A stretch of DNA of 54,484 bases from Clostridiales bacterium (GTDB taxonomy: Bacteria; Bacillota; Clostridia; Lachnospirales; Lachnospiraceae). The first letter of the stretch is position 1, and every line of letters begins with the position of its first letter. The DNA lies in assembly GCA_021203005.1 (NCBI GenBank), contig JAJQCB010000158.1:1-54484 (forward strand), in the 5' to 3' direction. Both the position numbers and the translations under genes were made by a program. Below the pieces are notes generated by a model. That model saw nothing but the letters and a program-made list of their open reading frames with translations. It searched no databases and had not been told where the DNA came from. Positions 9,149 to 17,424 of the stretch are shown piece by piece.

Positions 9149-10850
9149 TGCTCTTATCCTCCAGACCGGCCAGCCCGCGCATCTGAATCAGCGGACCGCC
9201 CGTATTTTCTATGTAAGCTCTTGTAATCGTGACTTTTCCAATATTATCATCCTTCGGGATCTCATACATGATATCCAGCATAAACTCCTCGATGATGGAG
9301 CGGAGCGCACGGGCGCCCACCTTTTTCTCTTTCGCTTTTTTCGCGATGGCGCGGAGCGCATCCTCCTCAAACTCCAGCTGCACCTCATCCATCGCCAGCA
9401 GCTTCTGGTACTGCTTAATAATAGCATTCTTCGGCTCGCTTAAGATCTGCACCAGCATGTCCTCCGTCAGCGCATTCAGAGAAAACAGGATCGGCAGACG
9501 GCCGATAAACTCCGGAATCATACCGAATTTCCGGACATCCTCCGTGGTAACATGAGTCAGAATATTCTCATCCTCATCATACTTATCCTTCAGATCCGCC
9601 CGGAAGCCGATCGCCGCATGCTCGTTCAAACGCTCTTTAATGATCTCATCCAGTCCCGGGAAAGCGCCGCCGCAGATAAATAAAATATTGGACGTGTCAA
9701 TCGTAGTCATCGGCACCATCGCGTTCTTATTGGTCGCACCAACCGGCACTTCCACCTCAGAACCCTCCAGGAGACGCAGCATCCCCTGCTGCACGGACTC
9801 CCCGCTGACATCGCGCTGCGTCGCGTTCTTCTTTTTTGCAAGCTTGTCAATCTCATCTATAAAGACAATACCATGCTCTGCCCGCTCCACATCATTGTCC
9901 GCCGCGGTAAGAAGCTTGGAAAGAACACTCTCAATATCATCGCCGATATAGCCCGCCTCCGTGAGAGAAGTGGCATCGGCGATAGCCAGAGGCACATTCA
10001 GAAGCCGCGCCAGCGTCTTCACCAGGTAAGTCTTGCCGCAGCCGGTCGGACCGACCATCAGCATGTTGGACTTCTCAATTTCAATACCGTCGTCTACCAG
10101 ATTTGTCCTTGATGCCACGCGCTTGTAATGATTGTACACGGCGACAGACATGACCTTCTTCGCGTGTTCCTGTCCCACCACATACTCATCCAGGCTTGCC
10201 TTGATCTTATGGGGCGCCGGGATATTTTTGATATCCAGAACTGCCTCCGGCTTCTTCTCCGGTTTTTTCTGCTTTGCCCTTACTTTCGGCTGGTGTCCGA
10301 AGAGCCCCTGCAGGTCAGACATGTTGACAAAGCTGATGTTCGGTATGCGGTTGAAGCCGCCGTTGCTGCCGCCATTATTATTTCGATTAGCGCCGTTGCC
10401 TCCATTAGCATCATCGCTGTTTGCGCCGGGATTACTGTTGCCGCCATTACTATTTCCCGCGCCTGGATTGCCGGCCGTTTCGCTGTTACCGCTGCCCGAA
10501 CCGATAACCGTTTCGTTCCCTCCATTGCCGCCAAAATTCGGGAAAAAATTACCAAGGTCAATATCAATCCCGGACAATCCCGGAAATCCCATATTTGTCA
10601 TGCTGTCGAAAGTTTTCTGCATACAGTCCTGACAGATATTCATATTCGTCGGCACATGAATCAGACGCCCGCAGCGGCTCGCCGGGCGGTGGCAGAGGGA
10701 ACAATATTCCTCAAAATGATCTCTGTCCTCTGCTGCATCCGCTGCCGCGGATGAATTCTCATTCAAATTGTTGCCATCCGCCTCCGCAATGTCTGCACCA
10801 TCCTCGTTTACTTCTCTGAAATCCTGATCGTCAATCATAATATTCTCCAT
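9132..10850 (-). CDS. clpX: ATP-dependent Clp protease ATP-binding subunit ClpX with an extended N-terminal region
   Basis: C4 zinc finger (CSLC...CQDC), Walker A GPTGCGKT, GYIG pore loop, FIDEIDK, RDVSGE, IGF loop, GARALR. Confidence 0.93.
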   Translation of the reverse strand: MENIMIDDQDFREVNEDGADIAEADGNNLNENSSAAADAAEDRDHFEEYCSLCHRPASRCGRLIHVPTNMNICQDCMQKTFDSMTNMGFPGLSGIDIDLGNFFPNFGGNGGNETVIGSGSGNSETAGNPGAGNSNGGNSNPGANSDDANGGNGANRNNNGGSNGGFNRIPNISFVNMSDLQGLFGHQPKVRAKQKKPEKKPEAVLDIKNIPAPHKIKASLDEYVVGQEHAKKVMSVAVYNHYKRVASRTNLVDDGIEIEKSNMLMVGPTGCGKTYLVKTLARLLNVPLAIADATSLTEAGYIGDDIESVLSKLLTAADNDVERAEHGIVFIDEIDKLAKKKNATQRDVSGESVQQGMLRLLEGSEVEVPVGATNKNAMVPMTTIDTSNILFICGGAFPGLDEIIKERLNEHAAIGFRADLKDKYDEDENILTHVTTEDVRKFGMIPEFIGRLPILFSLNALTEDMLVQILSEPKNAIIKQYQKLLAMDEVQLEFEEDALRAIAKKAKEKKVGARALRSIIEEFMLDIMYEIPKDDNIGKVTITRAYIENTGGPLIQMRGLAGLEDKSIGSQS

Positions 10851-11023
10851 CTTCTTGTAATCATGATCAATTTCAATTCACATAAAATAATTTTTCTGAT
10901 ATCTTAAATCGTGCTAAGTATATCATAGGAAAAACCGCTTTGTCACTTGTTCAATTATGAAAAATCCAGAAACTTCTTTGTCTTCACATTTCTCTCTCAA
11001 TATTTATAAAATTTTAATAATAT

Positions 11024-11863
11024 TTATTCTTTTTTACCGGGGTCTGACCCCAAACCCATGACCCCAAACCCATGATCCAGCGGACCGCTTCCTTTTCCCA
11101 GATCCAGCATGGCTTCCAGCGCACGGGAAAGATATTCCTTTGCGCAGCGTATTGCCTCCTCCAGATCACAGCCTTTCGCCAGATTAGCGGCAATGGCGCT
11201 GGAGAGCGTACAACCGGTCCCGTGGGTATTGGGATTGTCAATGCGTCTCCCATAAAACCAGATAAGAGGCTCCGACTGTCCGGCATCCTGAGCGTTATAA
11301 CGGTATAGCAGATCATTGGCATCATTCAGGCTATGCCCGCCTTTCAACAGTACGCTGCAATGCCAGGTCTCACTGATCTTCCGCGCCGCCGCAATCATAT
11401 CCTCCGCAGCGTTGATTTTCCGGTCCGCGAGAATTTCCGCCTCCGGTATATTCGGCGTCACCACGGTCGCCAGGGGTAGCAGATAGTTTTTTAAAGTATC
11501 CAACGCTTCCTCACTCAGCAGGCGGGAGCCGCTGGTCGCCACCATCACCGGATCTATCACAATATTTTTTGCGTGGTAAAACTTCAGTTTCTCCGCAATC
11601 ACACGGATCAGCTTCGCGGAGGATGCCATCCCGATTTTCACCGCGTCGGGATAAATATCCGTAAAAACACAATCCAGCTGCTGCGCCAGAAACTCCGGCG
11701 CGGACTCCTGTATCGCGGCTACACCCGTTGTATTCTGCGCCGTCAGTGCCGTGACCGCACTCATCGCATAGACGCCGTTCGCCATCATGGTCTTGATATC
11801 TGCCTGAATGCCTGCTCCACCGCTGCAATCACTGCCGGCAATCGTCAAAGCTGTTTTTCTCAT
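11024..11863 (-). CDS. thiD: Hydroxymethylpyrimidine/phosphomethylpyrimidine kinase (internal start within the fused ORF)
   Basis: TIAGSDCSGGAGIQADIK, TAQNT, VKIGM, DPVM, TPNIPEA, KGGH, THGTGCTLS; own RBS GGAGA upstream of the ATG at 11863. Confidence 0.9.
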   Translation of the reverse strand: MRKTALTIAGSDCSGGAGIQADIKTMMANGVYAMSAVTALTAQNTTGVAAIQESAPEFLAQQLDCVFTDIYPDAVKIGMASSAKLIRVIAEKLKFYHAKNIVIDPVMVATSGSRLLSEEALDTLKNYLLPLATVVTPNIPEAEILADRKINAAEDMIAAARKISETWHCSVLLKGGHSLNDANDLLYRYNAQDAGQSEPLIWFYGRRIDNPNTHGTGCTLSSAIAANLAKGCDLEEAIRCAKEYLSRALEAMLDLGKGSGPLDHGFGVMGLGSDPGKKE

Positions 11864-13171
11864 ATCATTTTCTCCACAATCATAATCACAGAAGAACAAA
11901 CTGTTTTTTATATACTCCATATCCTCTTCTCTAAGAAAGGATTTCTCTGCACATCGACTCCAGCTATCCAAAGCCAGTTTCACTTCCTCTATCACTCTGT
12001 TGACTCTTGCTTTGGAAAGGTTCATTCGCCGCCCACATGCTGCCATGTCTTCTCCGGTAATATTTTCAGTTTTTCCGTTCACACACATCTGGTGTCGTGC
12101 CACCCACCTGTTACCTGCATCATTTGCATATGTAATATCATACGCAGGTGCCAGAAACCATCTTCCACTCTTATCCATAAGAAAAGAAATATTTTTTACA
12201 TGATCATCCTGATTTCTCGCCAGGACATTAAACACCATCCGTCGAAACATCTGCCCGGCAGCTTTCTGTCCCAGGCCAATACGGTTCATCACATCATATG
12301 CCTGTTCATAACTGTATGCTCCCGGCATATTGTAATCATAATGTGCCAATGCTCCCAGAGACTGCATATGAAGCTTTTCCCCCATATCATTTCTGTCAAA
12401 CCGCTTTGTCATAAAATGGTAATACCCATCTTCCTGGTACAGCCTGCATTCATTCATGTCTACGCCGGCTTCCTGTGCCATAAGATAATACGCATACTCA
12501 ATTCTTGTATAAGAAACTCCGTCTGCCCTTTCCCCTTTATCCTTATTATTTTTCACTCCGTCAAACTTAATCAACCAGTATGTATATCCCTTTCCGGCCT
12601 CAATCTGACCGGAACGAATATCTCCGCTTTCAGGATTCCACGCGACAACAGCTTTCGCCCGGGCGCCGCCTGCCGAGGTGCCGACATTAATAATCTGCTC
12701 CATTACATGATCACTGTCCGTGATGTGTACACCCTCTCTGGCGCTTAAAATTTCAGAAGCAAGTTCCACCAGAGCGGAAAGCTGAATAGAGGTATCTTCT
12801 ACGCTGGCATAATCCGACGCAGGAACATACTCCAACGCTCCCATTCCTCTTTTTCCGGTATACAAAAGACGCTCTACAGCCGTCAGTGATGACAGGTTTC
12901 TGCCCTGTTCCGACAAATACTTCTCAATCAGTCTTGTGCCATATTTATCAGGCAGAGAATCAGATAACAACCCGGGAAGCCCGTGAAAAGTTTCCCCGGC
13001 TAAAGCCGGGAACGAATAAGTTCTCCTGTTTAATGGCATTACCAATGGAGAAACCTCTATTCCACTATTTAAAAAAAGAGGATCGTAATTAAAAATCGGA
13101 ACGCTGGCCACATCATTCTGCTGTACAGCTCCAATCCTTGTTCCCCACAAAAATACTTCCGCCACACTCAT
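11024..13171 (-). CDS. Single ORF: HipA-family toxin kinase (about aa 1-430) in frame with ThiD (from aa 437)
   Basis: HipA motifs GLLSDSLPD, RGMGALEY, GTSAGGARAK, NQDDHVKNISF, LAPAYDIT; no stop before MRKTALTIAGSDCSGGAGIQAD. Confidence 0.85.
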   Translation of the reverse strand: MSVAEVFLWGTRIGAVQQNDVASVPIFNYDPLFLNSGIEVSPLVMPLNRRTYSFPALAGETFHGLPGLLSDSLPDKYGTRLIEKYLSEQGRNLSSLTAVERLLYTGKRGMGALEYVPASDYASVEDTSIQLSALVELASEILSAREGVHITDSDHVMEQIINVGTSAGGARAKAVVAWNPESGDIRSGQIEAGKGYTYWLIKFDGVKNNKDKGERADGVSYTRIEYAYYLMAQEAGVDMNECRLYQEDGYYHFMTKRFDRNDMGEKLHMQSLGALAHYDYNMPGAYSYEQAYDVMNRIGLGQKAAGQMFRRMVFNVLARNQDDHVKNISFLMDKSGRWFLAPAYDITYANDAGNRWVARHQMCVNGKTENITGEDMAACGRRMNLSKARVNRVIEEVKLALDSWSRCAEKSFLREEDMEYIKNSLFFCDYDCGENDMRKTALTIAGSDCSGGAGIQADIKTMMANGVYAMSAVTALTAQNTTGVAAIQESAPEFLAQQLDCVFTDIYPDAVKIGMASSAKLIRVIAEKLKFYHAKNIVIDPVMVATSGSRLLSEEALDTLKNYLLPLATVVTPNIPEAEILADRKINAAEDMIAAARKISETWHCSVLLKGGHSLNDANDLLYRYNAQDAGQSEPLIWFYGRRIDNPNTHGTGCTLSSAIAANLAKGCDLEEAIRCAKEYLSRALEAMLDLGKGSGPLDHGFGVMGLGSDPGKKE
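11045..11072. repeat. 14-bp tandem duplication (TGACCCCAAACCCA x2) in the thiD 3' end
   Basis: Identical units at 11045-11058 and 11059-11072. Confidence 0.8.
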
Positions 13172-13536
13172 TCACTCTCATCTCCCCACATCCATGTATT
13201 CTTTTCCGCATTTGCCTTTGACCTGGAAACACGCTTTCTCTTCCCTTTGTGATCCGCGACATCCGTCGGCCGTATTCCCTGTTCCTGCAACAACAACTCC
13301 ATATTTGGTAATGATCCCAACACACGCAGAACATTTATCATATTTTCCATGCTTACACTCTCCCCACGTTCTAACCTGGAAAGAGTGATGGCAGAAACTC
13401 CCGCCAGTTGTGCAAGTTCTTCCTGCGTATAATTCATGGAAATACGCGTATCCTTTATTCGCTGCCCCAGTTCAAGCAGAATCGCCTCATTACTTTCAAA
13501 GCCGGTAATCCTCATAACAGTCTCATTTCTCCGCAT
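13168..13536 (-). CDS. hipB: XRE-family HTH protein, HipB-like antitoxin
   Basis: TQEELAQLAGVSAITLSRLERG HTH; ATGA overlap with the hipA start; C-terminal WMWGDE aromatic tail. Confidence 0.85.
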   Translation of the reverse strand: MRRNETVMRITGFESNEAILLELGQRIKDTRISMNYTQEELAQLAGVSAITLSRLERGESVSMENMINVLRVLGSLPNMELLLQEQGIRPTDVADHKGKRKRVSRSKANAEKNTWMWGDESE

Positions 13537-13543
13537 TAATAAA

Positions 13544-13620
13544 TTATCATATTTGATAAATAAAATATCATATTCCGATATAATTTGTCAAATATGATAT
13601 TTTATTATCCGTTTTCATAA
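13544..13620 (-). promoter_or_regulatory. hipBA promoter with operator palindromes
   Basis: Perfect 16-bp inverted repeat 13559-13574/13591-13606; TTATC-N6-GATAA at 13544-13559; minus-strand TTGACA at 13591-13586 and TGnTATTTT at 13570-13562. Confidence 0.65.
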
Positions 13621-13632
13621 ATTATAAGACAC

Positions 13633-14298
13633 TTATAAGATTTTTGTTGCTTTGATTTCCTGCTTTATCAGTTTCTCCGCTTTCTGCCGCAGTTCACGCG
13701 TTGCCGTCTCCACATCCTTCTGTGCAAAAATTGCGCTGACCACGGCAATACCGTCAATCCCGCTTCCTTGCAGTTCATCCAGATTATCCGCTGTAATGCC
13801 TCCAATGGCAACCACAGGGATGGACACCGCCTGACAGATTTCCTTTAACGTCTCAAACGAAATATTCTTCGCATCCTGTTTCGTTCCGGTGGAAAATACC
13901 GCGCCGACCCCCAGATAATCTGCACCGCGCTGTTCAGCGAGAATGGCCTGATCCACCGTTCTCGCCGACACGCCGATAATTTTGTCCGGACCTAAGATGG
14001 AGCGGACTACTCCCGCCTCCATATCTTTCTGACCCACATGAACCCCAGCCGCGTCAATCTCTTTCGCTATAGACACATTATCATTGATAATAAGAGGTAT
14101 TTCATTCCTGTCACACAAAACTTTGATCTTTTTCGCTTCCTGTAAGAAATCCTTCTCACACAGCGTCTTTTCCCGAAGCTGCAACAGGGTGATCCCGCCA
14201 CGGATTGCCTGTTCCACCTGGTCGATCAGCGTTCCGTTTCCAACCCAAGAGCGGTCTGTCACCGCGTAGAGCAGCATATCTTCTTTTCTAAAATCCAT
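13633..14298 (-). CDS. thiE: Thiamine-phosphate synthase
   Basis: LYAVTDR, LQLREK, IINDN, GVHVGQ.D, IIGVS, DYLGVGAVF.T.TK, PVVAIGGI; RBS GAGGGAG before the ATG at 14298. Confidence 0.95.
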   Translation of the reverse strand: MDFRKEDMLLYAVTDRSWVGNGTLIDQVEQAIRGGITLLQLREKTLCEKDFLQEAKKIKVLCDRNEIPLIINDNVSIAKEIDAAGVHVGQKDMEAGVVRSILGPDKIIGVSARTVDQAILAEQRGADYLGVGAVFSTGTKQDAKNISFETLKEICQAVSIPVVAIGGITADNLDELQGSGIDGIAVVSAIFAQKDVETATRELRQKAEKLIKQEIKATKIL

Positions 14299-14329
14299 AA
14301 ACAAACATCTCCCTCTTAAGGCAAAGCCA

Positions 14330-14378
14330 GAAACAATAACAATAACAGAGCAGACCCCCTCCCAGAAGATCTGCCCCT
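14330..14378 (-). terminator. Probable terminator after gatB
   Basis: Minus-strand hairpin GGGCAGATCTTCT-GGG-AGGGGGTCTGCTC (with G-U pairs), followed by a T-rich run. Confidence 0.5.
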
Positions 14379-14404
14379 CCATCTTAAATTGGAATCACAA
14401 AAAT

Positions 14405-15841
14405 CTATTGCTCCAGCAATTCTTTCACAATCCGGTTTACCATCGCCGGATCTGCCTTGCCTTTCATCGCTTTCATCGTCTGACCCACGAGGAAACCCAT
14501 CGCCTTCTTCTTGCCGCCGCGGTAATCCTCCACGGACTTTGGATTATCCGCAATGACTTGCGCGATCGTGGTCCGCAGCGCGCCCTCGTCGTTGACCGCC
14601 TTCAGGCCATGCTCCTCCACGTATTTCTCCGGGTCAACGTCGTCTTTAAAAATCTCCTCAAAGACTTCCTTTGCCACGGATCCGTTGATCGTCCCGGCAT
14701 CCACGAGATCAATGAGCGCCGCCAGATGAGCAGGCGAGAAAGAGAGGCCCGCTGCATCCTGCCCGGTTTCTTTGAGCAAACGCATTGTCTCACCCATCAG
14801 CCAGTTGGATACCTTTTTCGGCTTGCCGCCGATAGCGACCGTCGCCTCAAAGAGATCCGCCATCCGCTTACTCTCGGTGATAATTTTCGCATCGTACTCC
14901 GGAATATCATACTCTGTTTTGTAGCGCTCCAGCTTCGCCGGACGCAGTTCCGGCTGCGCCGCGCGGACTTTCTCAATCCACTCATCAGAGATTTCTACCG
15001 GCACCAGATCGGGATCGGGGAAATAACGGTAATCCTGGGCATCCTCCTTGGAACGCATGGCATGGGAGGATTCCTTATTATCATCCCACCGCCGGGTCTC
15101 CTGGACGACCTTGCGCCCCATCTCCAGCAGCTCGATCTGCCGCTCCCGCTCGCCCTCAATTGCATGCGCGATGGCTTTAAACGAGTTCAGGTTTTTCATC
15201 TCGGTACGGGTGCCGAATTTCTTCGTTCCCGCTTCCCGGACAGAAAGGTTCACATCGGCACGCATGGATCCCTCATTCAGTTTGCAGTCTGAAGCCCCCA
15301 GATACTGGATTGTCTGACGCAGGGTCTCCAGATAAGCGATGACTTCCTCCGCGGAACGCATATCCGGCTCGGAGACAATCTCGATCAACGGCACGCCGGA
15401 ACGGTTGAAATCTACAATAGAGACATCTTCCCACTCATCGTGAACCAGCTTTCCCGCATCCTCCTCCATATGAATCTCATGAATACGTACATTTTTCTTT
15501 CCCGACGCAGTCTCTATCTCCACATGGCCGTCCCGGCAGATGGGAAGGTATAGCTGGGATATCTGATAGTTCTGCGGATTATCCGGGTAAAAATAGTTTT
15601 TCCGGTCAAATTTATTGTGCTGTGTGATCGTACAGTTGGTCGCCAGACCCACGGCCATGGCGTACTCCACCACCTGCTTATTCAGTACCGGGAGAGAACC
15701 GGGCATGCCGGTGCAGACCGGGCAGGTGTGAGTGTTCGGCGCTCCGCCGAAAGCGGTGGAGCAGGAGCAGAAGATTTTGGTCTTCGTGGCAAGCTCCACG
15801 TGAACTTCCAGGCCGATGACGGTTTCGTAATTTTTACTCAT
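14405..15841 (-). CDS. gatB: Asp/Glu-tRNA amidotransferase subunit B
   Basis: VIGLEVHVEL, FDRKNYFYPD, HMEEDAGK, NRSGVPLIEIVSEPD, YRYFPDPD, C-terminal YqeY domain. Confidence 0.98.
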   Translation of the reverse strand: MSKNYETVIGLEVHVELATKTKIFCSCSTAFGGAPNTHTCPVCTGMPGSLPVLNKQVVEYAMAVGLATNCTITQHNKFDRKNYFYPDNPQNYQISQLYLPICRDGHVEIETASGKKNVRIHEIHMEEDAGKLVHDEWEDVSIVDFNRSGVPLIEIVSEPDMRSAEEVIAYLETLRQTIQYLGASDCKLNEGSMRADVNLSVREAGTKKFGTRTEMKNLNSFKAIAHAIEGERERQIELLEMGRKVVQETRRWDDNKESSHAMRSKEDAQDYRYFPDPDLVPVEISDEWIEKVRAAQPELRPAKLERYKTEYDIPEYDAKIITESKRMADLFEATVAIGGKPKKVSNWLMGETMRLLKETGQDAAGLSFSPAHLAALIDLVDAGTINGSVAKEVFEEIFKDDVDPEKYVEEHGLKAVNDEGALRTTIAQVIADNPKSVEDYRGGKKKAMGFLVGQTMKAMKGKADPAMVNRIVKELLEQ

Positions 15842-15856
15842 ATCTTTGTCTCCTTC

Positions 15857-17410
15857 CTACTCTGCTTTTTCTGCAGCCATCGGCGGGCGCTGATAATTCC
15901 GTGTCTGCTCAAAGCTGTAGGCCGCGCGTATAATCGTCTTCTCTTTAAAACAGTCTCCCAGCAGCTGCATCCCGATGGGAAGCCCTCTACTGTCCGTCCC
16001 GCAGGGAAGAGAAATCCCCGGAAGTCCTGCCAGATTGACCGATATCGTGTATATATCGCCCAGATACATGCGGATCGGGTCGCTTAAGGACTCACCCAGC
16101 TTCGGTGCTGTGGTGGGCGCCGCCGGCCCGAGAATCACATCATATTTTGCAAAAGCCTCATCAAACGCCTTTTTGATCAATGCCTTGACGCGGAGTGCTT
16201 TCAGGTAATACGCGTCATAGTAGCCGGAACTCAGAACAAAGGAACCCAGCATAATCCGGCGTTTTACCTCGGGGCCAAATCCCTCGGAACGGGATTTTTT
16301 ATACATATTATGAAGGCCGTCGTACTCTGCGGTGCGGTAGCCGTACTTAACGCCGTCAAAACGGGACAGGTTGGAGCTGGCCTCCGCGCAGGCGATGACA
16401 TAGTAGGCCGGGATGGCATATTCCACCAGGCCCAGGTCAAATTCCTCTACAACTGCGCCTTTCTCTTCCAGCGTCTTTGCCGCCGCGAGAACCGCAGTTT
16501 TTACTTCCTCATCCAGACCTTCCCCAAAGTAATCTCTGGGAATGCCGATCTTCAAACCTTTGACATCGTCCACCAGTGCCTCTGTGAAATCTAAGTCATC
16601 CCGCGCAACGGAAGTGGAATCCTTCGTGTCATGGGAAGCAATCGTCTCCAGGATCGTTGCGCAGTCCGTGACATCTTTCGCAATGGGGCCGATCTGATCC
16701 AGGGAAGAACCATAGGCAATCAGGCCATACCGGGATACGGTGCCGTAAGTTGGCTTAATGCCGGTCACTCCGCAGAACGCACTGGGCTGACGGATGGAAC
16801 CGCCGGTATCTGACCCGAGCGCGTAAGGCACTTCCTCCGCCGCCACCGCCGCACAGGAGCCGCCGGAAGAACCTCCCGGCACATGCGCTGTATTCCACGG
16901 ATTCTTCGTCTCACCAAATGCGGATGTCTCTGTAGCACTTCCCATGGCAAATTCATCCATGTTTGTCTTTCCTATGATAACCGCACCGGCTTTTTCCAGA
17001 TTCTCAACAGCTGTCGCCGTGTAGGACGGAATAAAATTATACAGAATTTTGGAGGAACAGGTCGTCAGTACGCCCTCCGTGCACATATTATCTTTAATCG
17101 CCACCGGCACGCCGGCCAGCGGTCCGGTCAGCTCGCCGGAATCAATTTTCTTCTGCACTTCTTCGGCGCGTGCCAGAACTGCAATCTCGTCCAGCACCGT
17201 AACAAACCCGTTGACTGCTTCCTCTTTTTCCTGTATTGCTGCCATGGCTGCTTTCGCCGCCTCCGCCACGGTCACCTCGCCCGCTTTTATTTTTTTGCCG
17301 AGCGCCACAGCGGTAAGGCTCATGAGATTACTATCCGATGCACTGCTGTTTTGCTTTTTCCCGCCGCAGCAGGTGCTCTGTCCGGTTAATTTTTCTTTCT
17401 CTGTACTCAT
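15857..17410 (-). CDS. gatA: Asp/Glu-tRNA amidotransferase subunit A
   Basis: Amidase signature IKDN, KTNMDEFAMGS, GGSSGGS, GSDTGGSIRQP; EVKRRIMLG; GGAGGT RBS before 17410. Confidence 0.97.
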   Translation of the reverse strand: MSTEKEKLTGQSTCCGGKKQNSSASDSNLMSLTAVALGKKIKAGEVTVAEAAKAAMAAIQEKEEAVNGFVTVLDEIAVLARAEEVQKKIDSGELTGPLAGVPVAIKDNMCTEGVLTTCSSKILYNFIPSYTATAVENLEKAGAVIIGKTNMDEFAMGSATETSAFGETKNPWNTAHVPGGSSGGSCAAVAAEEVPYALGSDTGGSIRQPSAFCGVTGIKPTYGTVSRYGLIAYGSSLDQIGPIAKDVTDCATILETIASHDTKDSTSVARDDLDFTEALVDDVKGLKIGIPRDYFGEGLDEEVKTAVLAAAKTLEEKGAVVEEFDLGLVEYAIPAYYVIACAEASSNLSRFDGVKYGYRTAEYDGLHNMYKKSRSEGFGPEVKRRIMLGSFVLSSGYYDAYYLKALRVKALIKKAFDEAFAKYDVILGPAAPTTAPKLGESLSDPIRMYLGDIYTISVNLAGLPGISLPCGTDSRGLPIGMQLLGDCFKEKTIIRAAYSFEQTRNYQRPPMAAEKAE

Positions 17411-17424
17411 CCTGGCACCTCCTG

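Noticed and set aside
11039-11051. GGGGTCTGAC resembling a Tn3 terminal inverted repeat
   Set aside because: The match stops after about 10 bp; there is no partner end, transposase or 5-bp duplication.
14299-14404. TPP riboswitch upstream of thiE
   Set aside because: No CTGAGA or TAAT-GCC..GTAGG consensus; only a terminator-like hairpin fits in about 105 bp.
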